This document shows, one piece after another, positions 44,534 through 49,926 of a DNA stretch of 49,926 nt. The DNA lies in contig JAOABO010000001.1 of the NCBI GenBank assembly GCA_026418315.1, positions 1-49,926 of the forward strand, given 5' to 3'. The DNA comes from Bacteroidia bacterium (GTDB taxonomy: Bacteria; Bacteroidota; Bacteroidia; B-17B0; Aurantibacillaceae). Both the position numbers and the translations under genes were made by a program. Below the pieces are notes generated by a model. The model had not been told where the DNA came from and ran no database searches. It saw only the letters and a list, made by a program, of their open reading frames with translations. The first letter of the stretch is position 1. Every line of letters starts with the position of its first letter.

Positions 44534-45268
44534 TTAAAATATTTTCCAATCTACAACTTGCATTTTGTAAATATAACCTTTTTCTGCACGGTTTTCTACA
44601 GGGACATTGGGAAGAATGGTTTGAGATTCTAAATGGGTTATTTCTTTATATACCAAACCAATATGACGGGCGTATTTTTCTGTTTCGTTTTGATATTGTA
44701 TTAAACTGCGAAATTGATATTGCTTAACTTTCAGAACTTTTTCAAAGGAATGGTTATTGATGGTTTCTGATTGGTCAATGTATTCATAAGAATATATTTT
44801 TTTTCCGAGGGTATTTTTAGCATTACCGTCCCATTGTTGATTTTGTTTGACGGGGAAAATTAATTTTACATAACGAATATTTTCTTCTACTTTTTCAATG
44901 GAATTGTTATATGGAATAATGGTCCATACATTTTTAATTTGCCATGGAATTTGGTCATAGGGCTTAGTACTATCATACCAACGAATGTAACGTTCTAAAC
45001 GATAAGCGGTGGTGCCTTCATCATTCTGAAAAGATTGTGTAATTATTTCTTTTAGTTGATATTTATAGGTTTTGGGGATATGGGTCATTTCGTCATAAAC
45101 GGTACTGTCTACGTTATAAATTATATAGTTTCCTGTTTTGACGGGAAAGTAATCAGTGCCTAAATCAACAAGGGGAGAGTGGTTGTTTTTTTTACATGAA
45201 AAAAATATTAAAATGACAGAAAGCAGGAAAAACAGTTCAGATAAAATGTGAAAATATTTTGTTTTCAT
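44534..45268 (-). CDS. Hypothetical lipoprotein (244 aa)
   Basis: Lipobox ...ILIFFSC-KKNN. No family recognised. Its ATG overlaps the stop of the upstream kinase-like gene by 1 nt (TAATG). Confidence 0.65.
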   Translation of the reverse strand: MKTKYFHILSELFFLLSVILIFFSCKKNNHSPLVDLGTDYFPVKTGNYIIYNVDSTVYDEMTHIPKTYKYQLKEIITQSFQNDEGTTAYRLERYIRWYDSTKPYDQIPWQIKNVWTIIPYNNSIEKVEENIRYVKLIFPVKQNQQWDGNAKNTLGKKIYSYEYIDQSETINNHSFEKVLKVKQYQFRSLIQYQNETEKYARHIGLVYKEITHLESQTILPNVPVENRAEKGYIYKMQVVDWKIF

Positions 45269-45687
45269 TAGGAAGCCAAGACGGGTAGGTGAAAATGTAT
45301 TTCAATGGTTTTTCCATTGTTTTTGAAAATCACTTTATCGGCTAACTGATGGATAATAAAAATTCCTCTGCCGCCTATTTTGCTAATATTTTCAGGTAAG
45401 GTAGGGTCAGGCAACTTGTGATAATCAAAACCACTTCCTTCATCGGTAATTGAGAAGATACTTGTTTTGTCATTAGCAGTAAATTCTATTGTAACTTTTT
45501 TTTCCGGGTTTGCTTTGTTGCCGTGATAAATGGCATTATTGACGGCTTCTGTTACGGCAATAAGGATATTGCCGAAGGTGTCTTCGGGTATTTCATATTT
45601 GTCACAGATTTCCTGAATAATTTTTTCTACTTTGGCAATACCTTCAGAGCCAGATGGTATAATATAACGATGAATAAGATTTGTCAT
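45268..45687 (-). CDS. RsbW/SpoIIAB-type GHKL ATPase (anti-sigma-factor-like Ser/Thr kinase)
   Basis: 139 aa with an N-box TEAVNNAIYHG, a G1 box DEGSGF and a G2-like GGRGIFI. Size and motif order are those of HATPase_c_2 anti-sigma kinases. Confidence 0.75.
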   Translation of the reverse strand: MTNLIHRYIIPSGSEGIAKVEKIIQEICDKYEIPEDTFGNILIAVTEAVNNAIYHGNKANPEKKVTIEFTANDKTSIFSITDEGSGFDYHKLPDPTLPENISKIGGRGIFIIHQLADKVIFKNNGKTIEIHFHLPVLAS

Positions 45688-45688
45688 T

Positions 45689-48600
45689 TTATTTTTGGTT
45701 GATGGTATTAAAGTATTGTTCAGCTTTTTCTTTGTAAAATGGTTTTAAATAAATAGGTACAGATTGGAGGTCTTCAATTTCTTTTAAATGCTGATTATTA
45801 TACTCTAAATTTTTACTTTGGTTACTGAAAGGATAATTTTTTGGTTCTTTACTTTCTCTTTTTTGGTCTTCTTCTTGTTCGCGAATGGCCTTTTCGGATT
45901 CTAAAAGTCGTGTTAGAATTTCTTGCTGACGCATGAGGGTTTGTTGCGTGATTTTGTTATTTACAATGTCTTTTTCTGTTTCTTCCATCATAGAAGCAAT
46001 ATCACCGCCTGGATTTTTTCCTTGTTGTTTGAGTTTTTGTATGAGTTCTTGTAATTGCTGGCGGAGCATTTCCTGCTGGGCGGCCATTTTAGCTAATTGT
46101 TCTGCCAGTGAGTTGCCGGGTAATTTTCCGTTTTGTTGTTGGGATTTTTGCATACCGTCTTTCAGTTGTTTAAGTTGTTCGTTCAGTTGTTTTTGTAAAT
46201 CACTTAATTTGGGTTTGGAGGGTTGTAGAGATGGTTTTTGTCCTTGTCCGCTGCCGGGTTTTTTGCAGGAGCCGCTGCCGGGTTTTTCACTTGGGTTTTT
46301 CATTTGTTTTTGAAGGTTTTCAAGAGATTCATTCAGCATGAGGGCCAGGGTATTAATGGAAGTCAGAGATTTTTGCATATGCATGGAGGCAGCAGAGGAG
46401 TTGTGTTCTGATAATTGCTGAGAACTTTGATTCATGTTGTTTTGTATGTTGGAGATTTCTTTATTAACGGTAGAAGAGAGTTGAGGGTTTCTTTTAGATA
46501 AGGCCAGTATGCTGTCTTCAATTACTTTAGATTGGTCAAGAAGTTTTTTTTGTTGTCTGGCTATTTGGGCATATTGAGGGTCAGAGGTGGGTGTTGATTT
46601 GAGTTTTTTGATCAATTCTTCTTGTTGAAAAGACAGGTTGATGAGATTATCTAAAATTTGTTTCAGGTTTTCTTCGCTTTCGGATTGTTGTTCTTCCTGC
46701 ATTTTTTGAAGGGCTTTTTGCATTTGTTCTTTCATTTCTTTCATTTTGTCAGATGCGTTTTTTTGATGTTTGGAGCTTTTGGGTTTATTGTTGTTTTTAA
46801 GTTGTTCGGTGGCTTGTTGTTGTTCATTTTGTATATTTTGTTCTTGTTGTTCGGTATTGGGTAGTTGGTTAGGTCTTTCAAGGGTTTGATTGATATGATG
46901 TAGTTCTTTTAGTTCTTGTTGGATGTTTTTAAATTCGTTATTGAGTTGCTCTTGTTTGTTAAGCAAGTCCTGATTGTTGGATTTTTTGTCTTCTGTTTGA
47001 TTAGCCAGTTGTTCTTGTTGTTGTTGGATTTTGTCCAATTGATTGATGGCGTCTTGTAATTTTTGTTCTACCTGAAATTGTTTAAATATTTCCATTGTTC
47101 TATCCAGTTCTTTTTCAAGGTCTTTTGTATTCATTTTAAGTTCTTCAATTTTTTGTTGAAGTTGGTTTTTATCCAATAATTTGTTGGAGAGTTCTTCAAG
47201 TTCTTTGAGGAGTTTTTGGAGTTCGGGTGTCATGAGGTTGTCTAGTAATTTTTGAAGTTCATTGTATTTTGCGAGCAGTTCTTCATTTGCTTCTTTTTGA
47301 TTTTCTAATTCTTTATTTTGATTAAGTTTTTGTTTAAGATGCTCAATATTTTCCTGAATGAGTTTTTGTTTTTGAAGGATATTTTGCAATGCTTTTTTAT
47401 CTTCAAAGGATATCTGTTTTTTATCTAAGATTTTTTTGTAAAGTGTGTTTAAATCTTTTTGAATATCTTTTGCCTGACTGATACTGGCTTCTAGTTCTTG
47501 TTTTATTTGTTCACTATTTTGAGAAATGTTTTTTTGAATTTCAGAAATAGATGGTATATTGTATATCATCATATCTGAGCGGGTTTTTTTAGGGCCGTTA
47601 ATACCATCGTTATCATATATTTCAAAATAATATTCTACTTTACATCCTGGTTTTAATGGAGGAAAGTTTTCTGGATGAATGAAATAATTGAAAATTTGAG
47701 TATTAGACGAGCTGATGGGAATTTTATTTTGAATTTTTTGTTGTATTTCATTTCCAAGTGAATCGGTGGTGAAGATAGTGGCATGAAATTCTAATTTTGT
47801 AAAGCCATAATCGTCTTTTATGGTGCCAAAAAAAGATGGGTTGAATTGAATGGTGGAGGAATCTTTGCTTTGTTGAACCTGAATGCTGGGATATTCGTCG
47901 GGAATTATTTGGATGTTGAAGAAGGTAGAATCAGTAGGGTAGGGAAGGTATTCATTTTGAACTGTGATGATGTATGAGTTAGAAGTTTTGAATGTTCTTG
48001 AATAGCTGAACTCTTGGTTTTGGGGAGGTAAAGTAACAGTCGTGTCTTTAAAGGCCAAATGAAGAGAGGAGGTATTAATGGTTTTAATTTTCCAGATTAC
48101 CTGAGTGCCTTCAGGTATGACGAGGTCGCCTGTATTATTAATAACTTCATTTTGCTTATGAATATATTTTGGGTAAATTAATTGCATATTAAATGCAATG
48201 ATGCTTGGTTTGGGTAAGACCTTTAATACAAAATCATTTTCTACGTCTAATGCCTGCAGGGTAAAAGCAATATCTTTTTGAGGATTTTTAAATAAATAAG
48301 AAAATTCGTTTTTACTGATTTTTTGCATTTGAAAATTATTATTATGGATGAGAATGTATATTTTATCCGGAACTATCTGGCCTTTTATTTTTACTTTCAG
48401 TTCAAATGGCTCATTCTGAAGACATTCCAATTTTTTATTTTCAATTTCAAATACAAACGGAGGGGTGTAAAAAGATTGATTATAATAGATGATTTTTCTG
48501 GTGCTGCTTTGAAATAAATCAGGAACCAAAATAAATAATACTAAAAGTAGAAGTGTAGGAGGGACCAGCCATTGAAGATACTTGATGTTTTCTTTCAGGT

Positions 48601-49036
48601 TAATCACTGATGAAAAAGGTATAGGAGCCAATTCTTTTGATTTTTGATCAATAGAAGCCAAAAGAAGATGATTATCAGGGTGTTGTTGCATCATTTCTTC
48701 TAAAAGTAAGGCATTCAGTAGTTTATCCTGAATTTGTTTAAAGTGTTTACCAATAATGAGAGATGCTTCTTTATAGGTAATTGTTTTTCCTATTTTATAT
48801 AATTTGAGCAGAGGGATAAGAATAAAATAAATAAATGCTAAAATATTACTCGTTAGCCATATAGAAAGCAGAACAAGGCGAATAATAGAATTAAAATTTC
48901 CAATATATTCTGCTGAAGTTACAAAGATGAATACAGACAAAATAGATATAATAAAAAAAATACTTCCTTTTATTAATTGATTAAGATAGTATTTTTTAAT
49001 AAACTCATCTAGCTTATGAAGCAGAATATTTTGCAT
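45689..49036 (-). CDS. Large membrane-anchored protein with a beta-rich middle region and a roughly 550-aa Q/K/E/L-rich coiled-coil C-terminal half (DUF4175-like)
   Basis: 1115-aa uninterrupted ORF. It has N-terminal TM helices (IFFIISILSVFIFV, LVLLSIWLTSNILAFIYFILIPLL, VPPTLLLLVLFILV) and a long heptad-like Q/E/K/L-rich region. The DUF4175 label is from memory of similar Bacteroidota proteins. Confidence 0.7.
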   Translation of the reverse strand: MQNILLHKLDEFIKKYYLNQLIKGSIFFIISILSVFIFVTSAEYIGNFNSIIRLVLLSIWLTSNILAFIYFILIPLLKLYKIGKTITYKEASLIIGKHFKQIQDKLLNALLLEEMMQQHPDNHLLLASIDQKSKELAPIPFSSVINLKENIKYLQWLVPPTLLLLVLFILVPDLFQSSTRKIIYYNQSFYTPPFVFEIENKKLECLQNEPFELKVKIKGQIVPDKIYILIHNNNFQMQKISKNEFSYLFKNPQKDIAFTLQALDVENDFVLKVLPKPSIIAFNMQLIYPKYIHKQNEVINNTGDLVIPEGTQVIWKIKTINTSSLHLAFKDTTVTLPPQNQEFSYSRTFKTSNSYIITVQNEYLPYPTDSTFFNIQIIPDEYPSIQVQQSKDSSTIQFNPSFFGTIKDDYGFTKLEFHATIFTTDSLGNEIQQKIQNKIPISSSNTQIFNYFIHPENFPPLKPGCKVEYYFEIYDNDGINGPKKTRSDMMIYNIPSISEIQKNISQNSEQIKQELEASISQAKDIQKDLNTLYKKILDKKQISFEDKKALQNILQKQKLIQENIEHLKQKLNQNKELENQKEANEELLAKYNELQKLLDNLMTPELQKLLKELEELSNKLLDKNQLQQKIEELKMNTKDLEKELDRTMEIFKQFQVEQKLQDAINQLDKIQQQQEQLANQTEDKKSNNQDLLNKQEQLNNEFKNIQQELKELHHINQTLERPNQLPNTEQQEQNIQNEQQQATEQLKNNNKPKSSKHQKNASDKMKEMKEQMQKALQKMQEEQQSESEENLKQILDNLINLSFQQEELIKKLKSTPTSDPQYAQIARQQKKLLDQSKVIEDSILALSKRNPQLSSTVNKEISNIQNNMNQSSQQLSEHNSSAASMHMQKSLTSINTLALMLNESLENLQKQMKNPSEKPGSGSCKKPGSGQGQKPSLQPSKPKLSDLQKQLNEQLKQLKDGMQKSQQQNGKLPGNSLAEQLAKMAAQQEMLRQQLQELIQKLKQQGKNPGGDIASMMEETEKDIVNNKITQQTLMRQQEILTRLLESEKAIREQEEDQKRESKEPKNYPFSNQSKNLEYNNQHLKEIEDLQSVPIYLKPFYKEKAEQYFNTINQK

Positions 49037-49159
49037 AAAAAATGTGCTGATAAATTTACGGAAAATTAATAATAATTAAATCATCAAAATTTAATGCAAA
49101 ACCTTTACAAATTCAGCACCTTTTGAAAAACGTAATTATAGCATAGTTACCAGCATAGA

Positions 49160-49183
49160 GTAATACATGAAACCATGTATTAC
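49160..49183. other. Perfect 10-bp hairpin downstream of the T9SS cargo gene (possible terminator without a clear U-tract)
   Basis: GTAATACATG-AAAC-CATGTATTAC, 24 nt past the stop at 49207 in the minus direction. There is no T-run on the minus-strand side and TTTT follows 3 nt later on the plus side. Confidence 0.3.
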
Positions 49184-49206
49184 ATATTTTCTAAAAAATT
49201 ATCTTC

Positions 49207-49926
49207 TTAATTTACGATAATTCTGAATGTATGAAATTGGTTCTGATTATTTATTAGGATGATATTATAGATTCCTTTACCGTAATGGCTAATATCAATT
49301 GTATTATTGTCAATTAACAGAGTAGATTCTTTTATTAATTGTCCAAGAGCGTTATATATTTTGTAGTGATATGTATTATCTGATTGAATAATAAACTGTC
49401 CGTTATTAGGATTAGGATAGAGTATGATTTCATGAGCAGAATTAGCAGAGTATATACTTGTTACACAATCTACAGAAAAAGTATAAACAGTTGTACAATT
49501 ATTGGCATCAGAAACAGTAACAGTATAGGTTGTTCCGGCTCCTGCTGTTCCATTAAGATTAGATGCAGTAGAAGAGGTAGAAACATTAGGTGTCCATTGA
49601 TAAGTGTAAGGTACTGTTCCGTTAGAAACATTAATAGTAGCAGAGCCATTAGCACAACCGGGTGCTGTAGCGTTATTGACGGTTACATTAACAGATGGTG
49701 TAGGATTGACAAGAACAGAGGTGGTTGCAAAATTGGAGCAATTAAAAACGTTATTTCCATAAACTGTATAAGTGGTAGTAGTAGCAGGATTAACAATGAT
49801 GGATGATGTTATGTTTCCGGTATTCCAAGTATAGCTGCTGGCCCCTGATGCAGATAGAGTTGCAGCTTGTCCGGAACAGGTTGTAGCAGAGTTTACAGAT
49901 AAAGTTGGAGTGGGATTAACAATAAC
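49207..49926 (-). CDS. C-terminal part of a secreted multi-domain protein with Ig-like/SprB-type repeats and a T9SS C-terminal sorting domain (5' end beyond the window)
   Basis: My own reverse translation is open from 49926 to the TAA at 49209-49207: VIVNPTPTLSVNSATTCSGQAATLSASGASSYTWNTG...VNPTPSVNVTVNNATAPGCANGSATINVSNGTVPYTYQWTP...EIILYPNPNNGQFIIQSDNTYHYKIYNALGQLIKESTLL...GIYNIILINNQNQFHTFRIIVN*. The CxNGS...GGxxPYTYQW pattern is SprB-repeat-like. The LYPNP...G.Y tail is the type-A Por secretion sorting domain pattern. Confidence 0.85.
   Translation of the reverse strand, partial: VIVNPTPTLSVNSATTCSGQAATLSASGASSYTWNTGNITSSIIVNPATTTTYTVYGNNVFNCSNFATTSVLVNPTPSVNVTVNNATAPGCANGSATINVSNGTVPYTYQWTPNVSTSSTASNLNGTAGAGTTYTVTVSDANNCTTVYTFSVDCVTSIYSANSAHEIILYPNPNNGQFIIQSDNTYHYKIYNALGQLIKESTLLIDNNTIDISHYGKGIYNIILINNQNQFHTFRIIVN

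Noticed and set aside
45933-46313. 126-aa Cys/Phe/Ser-rich plus-strand ORF, and a similar 68-aa ORF at 46658-46864, which look like a Cys-rich secreted peptide
   Set aside because: Both lie entirely antisense to the Q/K/E-rich coiled-coil part of the 1115-aa minus-strand gene. CAA/CAG/AAA/GAA codons read backwards give TTG/CTG/TTT/TTC, and GCA/ACA give Cys codons. The composition is therefore an automatic by-product. There is no promoter box or independent signal.
49384-49806. 140-aa plus-strand ORF rich in R/S/C/I
   Set aside because: It is antisense to a clearly coding minus-strand frame (Ig-like repeats plus T9SS sorting domain) that stays open to the window edge. Its low-complexity composition is typical of an antisense artefact.
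1-49926. Looked for CRISPR arrays, tRNA/rRNA genes, transposase/integrase/recombinase genes, toxin-antitoxin pairs, restriction-modification or other defence genes, and long direct or terminal inverted repeats
   Set aside because: None was found by eye. Apart from the SRP RNA there is no GC-rich structured island, no spaced repeat array and no mobile-element protein signature. The window reads as conserved core chromosome rather than an accessory island.

Overview
This looks like a core-chromosome segment of an AT-rich member of the Bacteroidota. G+C is roughly one third by eye and was not computed. The phylum call rests on an LpxC-FabZ fusion, an alternative complex III (actABCDEF) operon, a cargo protein with a T9SS C-terminal sorting domain, an XrtF-type exosortase, and TAnnTTTG -7 promoter boxes in front of many genes. 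I support about 45 protein genes. Most are on the minus strand and tightly packed, often with 1-4 nt overlaps.

Gene content by theme:
- Central metabolism: accD, class I aldolase, panB, sucC, ribBA, glyA, purK, DAHP synthase/chorismate mutase.
- Envelope and lipid A: lpxC-fabZ, lpxA, lptB, plsY, a Wzc-like autokinase.
- Respiration: ACIII.
- Polyphosphate and c-di-AMP: ppk1-ppx-cdaA.
- One small SRP (4.5S-type) RNA that no ORF explains.
- Two window-edge partial genes missing from the ORF track: a DEAD-box helicase at 1-412 and a T9SS cargo at 49207-49926.

I saw no transposase, integrase, CRISPR array, tRNA or rRNA. Several track ORFs are over-extended at the 5' end, and I re-called those starts using signal peptides, family N-termini and embedded -7 boxes.

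Most worth a second look:
1. The xrtF module (22131-23424). It is headed by an 82-aa ORF made of a signal peptide, ten consecutive prolines, two Cys and a P-I-D / TM helix / basic-cluster C-terminal sorting signal, and this ORF overlaps the xrtF start.
2. A tightly coupled operon of a 1115-aa membrane/coiled-coil protein, an orphan RsbW/SpoIIAB-type GHKL kinase and a lipoprotein (44534-49036).
3. A translationally coupled ppk1-ppx-cdaA operon, preceded by an untracked 37-aa Cys-rich membrane micro-ORF.
4. A plsY / DUF5103-like (T9SS plug-like) / 168-aa secreted-protein operon.

All family assignments come from motif recognition by eye. No searches were run.
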